NCBI RefSeq assembly: GCF_009914755.1
Contig: NC_060933.1
Reading direction: 5' to 3' (one strand)
DNA from: the human T2T-CHM13v2.0 reference genome, Homo sapiens
DNA: 64,000 nt
Shown: piece after piece, positions 1 through 11,309 of the stretch
How positions within the stretch are numbered: position 1 is the first letter of the stretch
Layout: the number at the start of each line of letters is the position of its first letter
Position numbers and translations under genes: made by a program
The notes under the pieces: model-generated
Databases searched by the model: none
Seen by the model: only the letters and a program-made list of their open reading frames with translations
Told to the model about the DNA's origin: nothing

Positions 1-79
1 AACAACATCACCAATATCTTTTTCCGAAATAAGCTTGAGTTGTATATGTTTATTATAGGAGAGAAAAGTTTGCCAAGTG

Positions 80-292
80 TCTTCTATGGACTAAGCACTT
101 GCTAGGTGTTTTACATATATTCTGCCATTTAATCCTCAAGGCAACTTTAACATGTAAGTATTACTGTCCTCATTTTACAGGTGAAGAAATTGAGACCCAG
201 AGTGATTATATGACCTGCCCAAGGTGGTCACGTCGTTAGGCCATGGCAGAGATCTGAAATAAAAGGTCAGGTCTTCTGACTTCAGTCCATGC
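80..292 (-). mobile_element. MIR SINE fragment
   Basis: MIR core in reverse: catttaatcctcaaggcaac...cattttacaggtgaagaaattgagacccagag...acctgcccaaggt. Confidence 0.75.
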
Positions 293-667
293 TTTTTTTT
301 TTTTTTTTTTCTATAACATCATGCTACCTAGAAGAAAAAGAAATGAAGGTAAGCAGTCAGCCAGGAAAGTCAGGAAAAATGATATGCTACTTGTAAAGAG
401 CTCCCCTATATTGTATCATTCTGAAATGTCCAATTTTCAAAGAGTCAGAGTAGTACAGAAATGTTCAATGTTAAATCACTACTCAACATAAGCAATCTGA
501 CTTTGATGGTTCACAAGCTCTTCCAGATCTTGTCGTGCCTTAAAGTTCTCACTAACAATATCAATTATCAGTGCACTACAGATATATAGGAAAAGAAAAT
601 CCCAGGTAACAGAAAAGCCAGATCACCTGCCTCCAAGATGCCGGGCACTGCACGGCTTTTATCAGTT

Positions 668-673
668 TTTATT
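668..673 (-). promoter_or_regulatory. PGAP4: Candidate proximal polyadenylation signal (AATAAA) of PGAP4
   Basis: tttatt on + strand ~515 nt past the stop codon; a second one at 49-54. Confidence 0.5.
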
Positions 674-1186
674 ACATCAGGTCAAGGAAACAAATGGAAT
701 CTATCCACATGGTCCTGCCTCGTTGGGCATATATTCTAAACATACATCCATTTTCATACCCAATGAGAAAGAACTCAATTCCAAAGGATCTCACCTTTCA
801 CAAAATTCTACCCTTAAGATCCTAAAACAGTCATATCACTGTGCACAAAATTTTTGGCAGTCACAAGCTCTAACACAAAGCAGAGCTTAAAAACAAATGG
901 AGAATATAATCAGTGTTCAAATGCACCCTCACTGGGTGGGTCAGACTGCATGAGGCAGTGTGGCTGTGTGGAGGGAGAGGTCCGGACCTGTGGCAAACTG
1001 CTGCTCCTGCCAGGAGGCTACCAAAGCCAAGGCTCTTAACATATTGAGGTTCCTCAGCTGCCCCAGTGCCTATATCTCTAACAACAGTAAACAGTGAAAT
1101 ACCTGCAGGCAACCATGTCTAAATAAAGAGATAAATATTTGAATCTTCAAGAAGTGGCCAACTTCAGAAAGGCATCTCTTGGCACC

Positions 1187-2398
1187 CTAGAGGAGACTGG
1201 GATGAAAGTTGTACCGGAGACTGGAGAAGAGCCCGATGTGTTTCACGAGGTTCGGCTCCACTACATAGGCCCTCTCTCCCTTGGCCCTCAACAGCGAGTA
1301 CAGTGCCATGTCCTTGCCAAAGCCCTTGTGGCAGTACACTTGGGACAGGTAGGTGAGGGTCCGGCGGGCCGCAGGTGCCGGGAAGAGCATGGCTGGGGTG
1401 CAACACTGAGAGGCAGGAACCACACTGTACAGGGAAGGACTCAGCCGCCGCAGTTCCAGGAAATAGTGCCGACCCACCAGCTCCACCAGACCCATGCTAT
1501 ACAGGGAGAAGAAGAGCATTACAGGCCAGCTAAACCCTGGGCGGCTGGCAAACCTCATGTATATCCAGGTTAGTAAGGGCCCCAGCAACATGCCTACACC
1601 AACCCATTCCAGGATCCGCATGGGCTCTGGATTGATGTAGTGCTGGAGCCTCTCGGGGTGATACAGCTTGAGATAAAGGGCATCTCTGAGATGTGGCTCA
1701 GAGAAGCGAGCCCGCAGAAGGTGCTCCAAGACTGGGAAGATCTGCTCTTCTGGTACAGCATCGTCTTCTACCATCAGGACGTAGTCTGGGTTGTAGGTCT
1801 GCAGGGATGACTCCAGGCAATAGACATAGTCCTGCTTCTCTTTCTCAAACGAGTTGGTCGAAGGGTCATCACCATAATCATCCTCAGTGCCCTCATAGCG
1901 ATTGGCCACAGGGACATACTTGGAGAGCAACTTGGCATCAAAATGGCTCACACTACGCTCCACGTTGCACAGGAAGAGTTGGTGCCCCTCGCACTGGGGG
2001 CCACATTGCTGAAGAAGCCGGTGGAACTGGGACACAACCTGCAGGACGTAGTGGAAGCCAGGCTGCCTGTCCACAGTGATGATGGTGATCACCAGCCAGG
2101 GCCGGGGGGTGGCCTGCCAGACAATGGGCACTGAGCCATTGGCAGAGGGAAGCTCCTCAAAATAGTGGAGGGCAGCCTCACCCTCTTTCAAGCTTTGCTG
2201 CAGGAACTCTTGGCTCATTTGGTTCAGATGCCAATGGCGCAGATAGAAGTAAGAGTGTAGAAGTCGGTGACAGGCCAGGGGGGCCAGCAGGCCAAACGTC
2301 ACCACTGTTAGGATGAAGAGCTGGACAGCAGTGCTGCCCCAGGACAGTCGCCGCAGCCTCCGGAGGAGCATGGCAGCTGGAGAGGTTGAAGTGCTCAT
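1187..2398 (-). CDS. PGAP4: PGAP4/TMEM246, GPI-anchor N-acetylgalactosamine transferase (403 aa); whole CDS in one exon
   Basis: 403-aa ORF MSTSTSPAAMLLRRLRRLSWG...YNFHPSLL recognised; N-terminal TM, GT-A type EDD motif (MVEDDAV), tandem TM segments at ~aa 262-308; splice acceptor ttcctctctctttag| with exon starting at 2475. Confidence 0.96.
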   Translation of the reverse strand: MSTSTSPAAMLLRRLRRLSWGSTAVQLFILTVVTFGLLAPLACHRLLHSYFYLRHWHLNQMSQEFLQQSLKEGEAALHYFEELPSANGSVPIVWQATPRPWLVITIITVDRQPGFHYVLQVVSQFHRLLQQCGPQCEGHQLFLCNVERSVSHFDAKLLSKYVPVANRYEGTEDDYGDDPSTNSFEKEKQDYVYCLESSLQTYNPDYVLMVEDDAVPEEQIFPVLEHLLRARFSEPHLRDALYLKLYHPERLQHYINPEPMRILEWVGVGMLLGPLLTWIYMRFASRPGFSWPVMLFFSLYSMGLVELVGRHYFLELRRLSPSLYSVVPASQCCTPAMLFPAPAARRTLTYLSQVYCHKGFGKDMALYSLLRAKGERAYVVEPNLVKHIGLFSSLRYNFHPSLL

Positions 2399-2402
2399 GA
2401 GG

Positions 2403-2463
2403 TCAACTTTTGTTCATGTCTGGTCCCAAGAAAAAACCATCCTGGAACTCAGGCCAGAGTCAT
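2403..2463 (-). promoter_or_regulatory. PGAP4: Three short uORFs in the PGAP4 5' UTR
   Basis: MTLA* (2463-2449), MVFSWDQT* (2440-2414), MNKS* (2417-2403), all between the acceptor (2475) and the main ATG (2398). Confidence 0.75.
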
Positions 2464-3299
2464 CAGAAATCAAACCTAAAGAGAGAGGAAGTAGGGAATG
2501 GTAAGAGTAACTTAAAAAAACAAACAAACAAACAAACAAACAAAAAAACAAAAGGACAAGAACTGAGCTCAGCACATATCAAACCAGAAATTATAATACG
2601 AGGCTCTGTAGCTTCTACAGACTCTAAAGTATTTTCTACAGTAAACCATTCTTTGGTTGTGTCTGCTAACAACCTCTGGGATGTTTTTATTATTTCTATG
2701 AGTAATACGATCTCGGTGCATTCAACCAAGTCATCACGCCTAAAGATACTTAGTTAGGTTTACAATGCCAGAAAATCTCCAGGTAGGCTGTTGGGATCAT
2801 TATTTCTATTCACCAGCTACACAGACAATGGGTTCTTAAAACGGGGGCAAAAAAGCAAGGCTTGGCACAAAGGAAATATACACATTTAGAGCAAGTTCCA
2901 GAATAAGGGCCCAGAAAATACTTGTTGATTAACTGTGCATATAGCAATTTCCAAAAAAAACTTGTCCAACAAGAGAAGGAATACTTAGGATTCTCTGAAG
3001 TATCTTTGTTATTTAATGTCATTTTCCATTCATATGCTTCTAATCTCACACAACTATACTTAACATTGCATATTAATTTAATCCTGATTGTTCTCCCATT
3101 TTATTTTTATAGATCATGGGAACCAATGAGAGGAAGTATTTCCCATAAGCAAGCAAACTCTAGAGCCCCAGGCTTGGGGAGGGAGGAAACATCTGGAGGA
3201 AGATCCATGAGTAGCTTTTCAATGAGGGAGCGGGGGGGGGAAAGGCAGAGGTGAATATGGAAGAGACAGTTGCCCTCAGTTTGGTCCAGGAAAAAATGC

Positions 3300-3480
3300 T
3301 GTGTGATATGATGATTCAGAGCATGGGCCTGAGGCCAGGCTCATATTGGTGTGAATCCTAGCTCTGCCTCTCATTTGGTGGGAAGTTTACCTCTCCATAT
3401 CTTATATTTCTTAGCTCTAAAATGGAAATAATAATATCTGTCTCATAGGGTTACTGTGAATATTAAATGTGTTAGAAAGC
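3300..3480 (+). mobile_element. MIR fragment
   Basis: gtgaatcctagctctgcc...taaaatggaaataataatatctgtctcatagggttactgtgaatattaaatg. Confidence 0.7.
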
Positions 3481-3849
3481 AAAATAATGCAGAGTAAAAA
3501 TGCCATTAAAATCTATCCATGTGTTCAAACTCACAAAAATATTTTAGAAGTAAGCAGGTCTAATATTCTGATGGAAAACAGACTAGTGCCAAAAAACAGA
3601 ATGAAAAGGGCAAAGCCAGTATAAAATAATAATTGCTAGTAAGGTCAATGCAAAACTAAATGGTGTCTGCAGTACAGAAAGTAAATCTGTTGCCTCAGAC
3701 GCATCATAAGGTTTACACACATTTGGAGGAAAACTGTGTAGTTTGTGAGTTATTGCAAAGGGAGGATTGCCCAGGAACCATACGAGGCTGCTGTGGAGCA
3801 GACTCAGCCAGTGCTCTCATATCCATGGTCTCCCCTTGGGCACACAGAA

Positions 3850-4240
3850 AGACCTCATTTCCTAGTTTGCCTTCTCCAGGTGGAGTCATGTGACTAGGGC
3901 TTGTCAGCAAAGTGACAGGTGTCACACCTGGGACAAGGTAGTTGAGAACAGATGTGCCATCTCGACTTTCTCTTTCCCCATCTGCCAGCTGAATGGAGAG
4001 CCCTGGTGGATCTAGAGGAGGTACAGCCACCAGATGGCAGAAGCCTGGGTCCTTGAATCCTTTACATACATATCCCAGTGTTGGGACGGCATGGAACAGA
4101 TGTCCCTTCCGCTGCCCACCTCCCAGTACCCTCCCAAACTAGAGTGGACTGTGTTGTGAGCAATACATAAACCACTGTGTCTAGACACCAATAATTTTTG
4201 GACTTTATTACAGCAGTTAGCCTACTCTGCCCTCTACAGT
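3850..4240 (+). mobile_element. MLT1 (MaLR) LTR, MLT1J/H-like
   Basis: tcatgtgactagg, agaagcctgggtccttgaatc and ttattacagcagttagcct motifs typical of MLT1. Confidence 0.5.
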
Positions 4241-4989
4241 TGTGTAGAATACCAAATGTACAGTGACATGGTTAATTTCTCAAGTAGAGAAACAAGTTTC
4301 ATTTCAGCCACAGAAGCAGATTGTACTATGGGACTCCAAAGGTGAGACAGACTATCCTAGTACTAAGAGATCTGGATAGTACCCAAAGAGGGAACAAAGC
4401 AAGGAGAGGTTTGAATTATGCAACCCCAGTCTTGCTGGTTTGTGAACATCCAGCATATTGCAGACTGGTTGCTTCTTCCTCTGCTCTGCTCAGCGCAATG
4501 GAGTTAACAAACCATGTGGTTGAACGTGATTGAACGTGGCCTCACCACTTCCACATCACTGCTGATGGAAGCCAATACTAGAATTGGGCTGAACTCCCAC
4601 TCCTGCAGTATTGGCCTTGGAAAAGGAGGCATTCGAGTGGATTTCTGCTCATACTATTATCCCTGCCTTTGTTATTACCACAAGGGAGCTGGATCAATCT
4701 AGAGGAGGGAACTAGAGACAATGAGATAGGGCAGGCAGTTTGGAAAATGCCAGGCACATAGTAAAGGCTATCACTTACTATGATATGTCAGGGGGGAAAG
4801 AAATGGAAACACCTAGAACTGACATCAGGAGAACCTTTGGTCCCAGGGAATTTATCCTACTGGGGACAATAAAATCATTAACATCTCACATAGTCCTTTA
4901 CTTTAAAACTACGTCTGTGAGACTGCTGTTCTACTGACAATCAGGAAAAGAGAGGGATTTGGTTCAGAGGACACATGGTCCCTACCTAT

Positions 4990-5980
4990 ATTGATCAGCT
5001 TTGCTGGGGTGATTAACAGCCTCAAATCTTTATAACTTAAAGTGATAACATGTATTTCTTGCATACGGGTTTGTGGATAGCTGTGGCTCAGTTGGGGTCA
5101 GCTCCAGAATGTAGGTCAGAATTAGCTCATGCCACATGCCCCTCCTTCTAGATCAAGCTGCAGAGGAAACAGCCACCTGGGGCGTGTTCTTACGTTGCCT
5201 GGAAGCTGCACAAGAGGCCAAGTCAAAACATGCAGGTACATTTACATCCTTGTTTCAGTGTGCCACAAATCAAGTCCACTCATCATTCATTGGCCAAAAC
5301 AATGGGACAGGAAGATTTACTCCTCCCACAGAGCAGAAGGAGGGGAAAATGAAGATTCAATAGAAAAAAAAAAGGCAACAGGCCAATTTCTAAATCCTCA
5401 GGAGAAAAGAAAGCATCTAGCAATCTGCTCACGGAGTATGGAAATTTTTTTTAGAATGCTTACAGGGCTTAAGACCCGGCCCCCAACCCCAATCATTACA
5501 CACTACACGAATAAGGACAGGCTTCAGTAATGATCCCCAAAATCTCAGTGGCTTATAAGAACTAAGGTTTAATTCTTGTTCATAGTACTTGTCCTTTACA
5601 GGTCAATTGTGCCTCTGTTGCCTGTTGTTTGTACTCTAGGACCCAGGCAGATAGAACTGTTTTTTGTTGTTGTTGTTGTTTGTTTGTTTGTTTGTTTGTT
5701 TGTTTTTAACATTGCTGGTTTTGTGGTAGAGAGAAAAAAGGGGAATAGTGCACCACAAGCTGGCTCTCAAAGCCACTGCTCAAAAGTGACACAGATCACT
5801 TCCACCCACATTTCACTGACTGGAACAAATCACATAATAACTCAAATTCAACAGAGCAGAAGGGAGTGCCAAAAGATACATGGCCACACCTGAGACCAAT
5901 GACTGGAGAAATATTTGTATTCCAGGGAGGGGCAGAAAATGTACTCCAGGGAGGGGCATTTTGAACATTAATGCAATCTA
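4990..5980 (-). mobile_element. Two degraded MLT1K/L-like LTR relics
   Basis: ccccaaaatctcagtggcttataa, atcacttccacccacatttcactgac, cattcattggccaaaac motifs. Confidence 0.45.
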
Positions 5981-6214
5981 CCACACCCACCTAGGACACA
6001 GGAGCTGGGATCAGATCCTTCATTCAAGATTAGATGACTGCTTTGCTGAAAATCCAACCACATGGAGTTATGTAGTCATTCAGGAGTATGTTCTTGTTTA
6101 CTTTTTAAAACATTTTTTTAAAAGATTTAACCAATTGTTGCACAGTAGCCTGTGGTGTCCAATGGCACCTATAATTTATTTCACCTTACTGATCTGGTTT
6201 TAAGAAGAATGGCC

Positions 6215-6530
6215 AGCTGGATGTGGTGCCTGAAGCCTGTAATCCCAGCACTTTAGGAGGCTGAGGCAGGTGGATGGCTTGAGCCCAGGAGATTGAGACC
6301 AGCCTGGGCAACATGGCAAAACCTAGTCTCAACAAAAGATACAAAAATTAGCCAGGCATGGTAGCATGTTCCTGTAGTCCTAGCTACTCAGTAGGCTGAG
6401 GCAGGAGGATTGCCTGAGCCCCAGCAGGTCGAGGCCGCAGTGAGCTGTGATCGCACCACCGCACTCCAGCCTGGTTGACAGAGAAAAACCCTGTCTCAAA
6501 CAAAAACAAACAAACACACAAACAAAAAAA
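6215..6530 (+). mobile_element. Alu (AluJ-like)
   Basis: Full dimer with gagcccaggag...agcctgggcaacatgg and an A-rich tail. Confidence 0.92.
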
Positions 6531-7487
6531 GATAAAAGATAAATGGCCTTAGGGGAACAGATATAAAAACATAGGATTTTTCACTGCTAGTTTGGGGAAG
6601 GAGTTTTTTTACTCCCAGCCCAATCATAAGGGTGAGACAAGAGGGCTATGTCTATGTTACCACTCTGATTGTCTTTTTCCAGAATTCCAGTTGCCCATGA
6701 TGTCACAGGCTGAGGCCCACACTCCAGAGACACTGTGGACTGACTGGCACCTATGAGCTGACCTAATAACAGTTACACCATTACAGCTCCGATTCTACAG
6801 AACAATACATATCCAGTTCTTATCTATGCTTTGCATGTGCTCTTTGAAACACAACCCTTCCCTAAACAGAATTCTCTACCTGTTACCATATCTAGAGTGT
6901 AGGGCTCAGGGAAGACAGTAAAGGACACAGACTCTGAGAAATGAACATGAACTAGGGCTTAGATGAATAAATGGAGCTACAACAATAGTTATATTTTAGT
7001 GCAACTTCTGAAAATTAAACTAAAGGATCCACGGGTGTGGAAGACACAATACCAGGGTGTGAGTCAGGGGATGAGTGCTCAAGAATGTTCTGTGTTTCCC
7101 AAATCCACTATATGAATGGCACGACCACTTTCCCAGGCAACTCAGTCTAAAACACTAGTTAGTTCTAACTTCTCACCTCCACGCAGTCACTTCCTAATCC
7201 CACCTCTACGGCCTCTTTTATTATGCCTCTCTTTTCCCCTCGCCTTCCCCTTGTCAAGCTTTCCTCCCTGCCACACTCTAGTTCCTCCTCAGCACCTCCA
7301 AGCCAGCTGATTGCAACAGGCTCCTAACAGAGCTTCTGACCTCCAGAATGAGCAACACAAGCCAAAAGATCTAGGTCCAATTCTCGTCCCAACACTCACT
7401 AATTTGATCAATTTGTATAAAAAAATCATTTATCTCTCTGAGCCTATTTTATTTCTCTGTGAAACAGGAAAATAAAAGATACTTCAA

Positions 7488-7760
7488 CCAGGCGCGGTGG
7501 CTCACGCCGGTAATCCCACCACTTTGGGACGCCGAGGCAGGCGGATCACGAGGTCAGGAGATCGAGACCATCCTGGCAAACATGGTGAAACGCCATCTCT
7601 ACTAAAAATACAATAATTAGCTGGGTGTGGTGGCACGTGCCTGTAATCCCAGCTACTCAGGAGGCTGAGGCAGGAGAATCGCTTGAACCAGGTAGTCGGA
7701 GGTTGCAGTGAGCCAGATTATGCCACTGCACTCCAGCCTGGCAACACAGTGAGACTGTGA
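7488..7760 (+). mobile_element. Alu (AluS-like) lacking its A-tail, inserted in a MIR
   Basis: ggcgcggtggctcacgcc...ggatcacgaggtcaggagatcgagaccatcctgg...gagactgt, then no poly-A. Confidence 0.92.
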
Positions 7761-7859
7761 CGATGAAGAGACAACAGCTATGATAGCCCTTTGTCAGGCA
7801 TAGGACACTGTGCAAATGATGGTGATGTTTTACTTGATCAGCATCCATCTGATACTCTG

Positions 7860-8530
7860 AAGCATAAGTCAGAACATGGCACTCTTTTCTGTAAAACTAT
7901 TCAATGATTCCCCCATGACTGTAGAATAAAGTCCAAATTATTTGCCAAGATTCTTCACAATCCAGTTCCAACTATCTTCCCAGCTGCATTTTTGCTCCTC
8001 ACACCGTCTAACTCAACCATCAAGAATTAGCTCAAAAGGTACCTCTTCCAAAACCCAACCCTGACCTTTCCAACCAGAAAGAATCTCTTTTTTTCCCCTC
8101 AAGTACTGGGGCCCTTTCTATGAACTTTTCCTCCAGGGCATTCATTTGTCACTTTCTACTTCAGACTCATCTATTTATAGCTACCGCTTATTAAGGCCAT
8201 ACTACATATCCCAATGTTGTGCTAGACCCTTGCATCTATTTCTTCTGAACAAAATAGCAACTCTCAAAATAGCAATGGAATTAATCCCATTTAGTTGACA
8301 AAACTGATGCTACCAAGTTGCAAGAGGAAATTCAAGGACAAGGATAAATTTCAAAGCTCATGTTTTTCTATGATGCCTGTTGTCTTCCATGGCCTTGTTT
8401 ATGGTCCTTGACTTACGATCTGATTGGACTCTTGAATCCTTTTTTAGTAGATTCAGTCTGATTTATCTTTGGTATCCCTCACAGACCCAGCACAGAACTA
8501 TGCATAGAAGATGCTCAATGCTTGTTAAGC
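7860..8530 (+). mobile_element. L2 LINE 3' fragments with an embedded MIR
   Basis: ctgtagaataaagtccaaa..., cccagcacagaactatgcatagaagatgctcaatgcttgtt. Confidence 0.5.
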
Positions 8531-8639
8531 AAATAATTGGCCTCTTTTGACCTCTATGGGTCTCAGGTCCTCAGCTATAAAATTGGTAGTATCAAAGAGC
8601 TGGTCATATACTGTGTAGAGATCGACTTATTTGTAAATG

Positions 8640-8832
8640 TTTCCAGAACACTTATGTGCCAGGCACTGTTCTAAGCATCTCATCTATCGATCCTCATAAA
8701 AAGCCTCCAAGAAGTATGACTATTAAGCCCATTTTATACTTTAGAAAACTAAGTTTTTAAGCAGGGTGGCAAAACTTGAACCCAGGCAGACTGTGTCCAG
8801 AACCCACATTCTCAACCAATATGCACTACTGC
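8640..8832 (-). mobile_element. MIR fragment
   Basis: acttatgtgccaggcactgttctaagca...cccattttatac...gaacccaggcagactg. Confidence 0.7.
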
Positions 8833-9499
8833 CTACATAAATTTGGAGCCCAGGAAAATCAACTGAAAAACCATTAGAAATGGCAATAGACTCAAAACAT
8901 GGTTGGTACCAGAATTAATATGTAAAAATAATATATAATATACATAGCAAGTATATATACACATGTACTATATATATGCATTACATATCCATATCTGTAT
9001 CTATATTATCTATATTATAATGACTGCTTTCATGTACATGATCACCAATGAACTAAGGGAGTAAAAGATCCCAGTCAAAAGGGAAAAAAATAAGCAACTC
9101 AAATATCTAGAAATAAATTTCAGAAATATGCAGAATATACACACATACTACAAAATTCTACCAAAGGGTAATTAAAAAGTCATTAATAAACAGAAAAATA
9201 ATGCTTAGGTGGAAAGACTTGGTAATAGAGCTCCCTTTCTCCATAATTAATCTCTATATTTAACATCTGAATTTAATTTACTTCGAGGGAGTGTCACAGT
9301 TCAACAACTAGGCACTTTAATATAAATTGGTGCAATCTTTGGAGGAAATGTTGGGGTGTTGGGGCAGTATCTATAAAAATTTTATAAGTGCATCCCCTTT
9401 GACATAACGATCCTACTTCTAGGAATCTACTCTGCAGAAATGCCAACACATGCTACCAAAGATGGATAAGAAATGTTGAGTGCTGTTTTGTATGCAGTA

Positions 9500-9640
9500 G
9501 GAAGAAAAAGAGAAAGAGGGGCAGAGGAACAAAGGGAGAAAGGGAAGAAAGGAAGGAAGGAAGAAAAAGGAAAGAAGACAGAAAGAGAGAAGGAGAGAGT
9601 GAGGAAGAGGGTGGGAGGGTGGAAGGAAGAAAGGAAGAAC
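9500..9640. repeat. Polypurine (GA-rich) low-complexity tract
   Basis: ~140 nt almost only A/G on + strand. Confidence 0.8.
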
Positions 9641-9765
9641 TGCAGGCAAATGAAATGCCTAGCAAAGGGAACAGATTTTTAGAGAATCATAAAAGGGTAT
9701 GCTGTGGAAATGTTAAGAAGAGAAAGGTTTAAATATGTTGACATAAAAGAAATCTTAGCTAGGTT

Positions 9766-10126
9766 TGTGCTTTGGACTGAATGTTTGTCCTCCTCCTGCC
9801 CAGCCAAAATTCGTGTCATAAATCCTAATCTCCAATATGATGGTATTTGGAGATGGGGTCTTTGGAAGGTAATCAGGTCATAAGGGTGCAGACCTCAGTA
9901 ATGCATGTTCTTTATTAGTGTCCTTATAAGAAAAGACAGGAGAGATCACTTCTCTTCTCTGCTTTCTCACATGTAAACCGGAAAGAGAGCCCTCACCAAA
10001 ACTTGACCATGCTGGCACCCTGATCTGGAACTTCCAGCTTTCAGAATTTTGAGAGATAAATGTGTCTGTTGTTTAAGCCACCTAGTCTTTGAGAATGTGT
10101 TACAGCAGCTCAAGTAGACTAAGACC
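9766..10126 (+). mobile_element. MLT1A-like MaLR LTR
   Basis: tgtgctttggactgaatgtttgtcc...ggcaccctgatctggaacttccagc...tagactaagac. Confidence 0.8.
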
Positions 10127-11309
10127 AGAAGGGAGAAATGCAAACTATATCAGTGCAAATTACAGAAAAATGTACAGAGATATGACCATTTTATTTTTAA
10201 TGTGGAGTATAATTTAGTGAAGGAGAAAAGAAGGGTATGGGGATGGCAATTTCCTGTTTTGATATCTACACTTCTGCAAAGATCATTACTTTTATAATCA
10301 TAACTAAGCATTTGATTCAACACTGAGTCTTGTGTTAGACACTGGGAAGGTGAACATGACAGTCAGGGCACCTGTTAAGTCCATTTTTAAATTTGTGATT
10401 TAAGTTGCTATAGCTATAATAAATTAAATTATGTATATATATATCTGTTTGTGGATTTTGGCATCTATCTCTCTCTGCATTGTGGTGCCAGGGCCATGTT
10501 ATTTTCATTATGAAAGCTTTATAAAGGTTTTAATATCTGACTAGGCAAATTCTCTCTCATTACCCAGGATGATAATTTTCTAGGCCTTTAAAAATTAATT
10601 TTATTGAGGTGCAGTTTACATACAGTACAATGCACCACTTAAATATATATATATTTCGATGAGTTTTGTCAAATTTATACGCCCATATAACCATCAAAAT
10701 AAAAAATTGACCAAAGTATCCAAAAGATCATTTGGAATTAGAACTAGTAAAAATTAACAGAAAATACTCGCTATAGTGCAACACGTGACAAAGAATTACT
10801 ACTTCAATGTGTAATACACATAAAGTGTTTAAAAGTCAGGAGGAGAAAGATACTCCAACTGAAAAATGGGCAGAAGAATTAACAATCAACTCACCTACAG
10901 AAATGCAAAAGGCTACTACACAGAGGAAAAAGTGTTAATTCCCATGGGTAATCAAAGACATGCAAATTAAGACAAGATACCATTTTTTGGTCCACGCTTT
11001 TGATTTAAAACTTCAAATGTGTATACATAGAGAAAATTTTAAGATATGCAGAAAATCTAAACCATCTAGAAGTTGAAGTTTTAAGTTATTTTTATTTTGT
11101 TTCTCCTTTGGATTTTTGTTTACTGGATGTTTTCTAATATGTGTATCCTTACAACATTCTAATAATTCTAATAATGTTGATTTTCTCTTCTCACCTCATA
11201 AAGTACCTAGTGCAGTGCATTCTAGAAATTCACCCCTAAAAAAAAAAGCTATTTCCCCTATAGAAGGAGAAACACACACATGCACGCGCACACACACCCG
11301 CATGTGTTG

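Noticed and set aside
1139-2504. Plus-strand ORFs antisense to PGAP4
   Set aside because: Shadow ORFs of a GC-rich coding exon; no independent support
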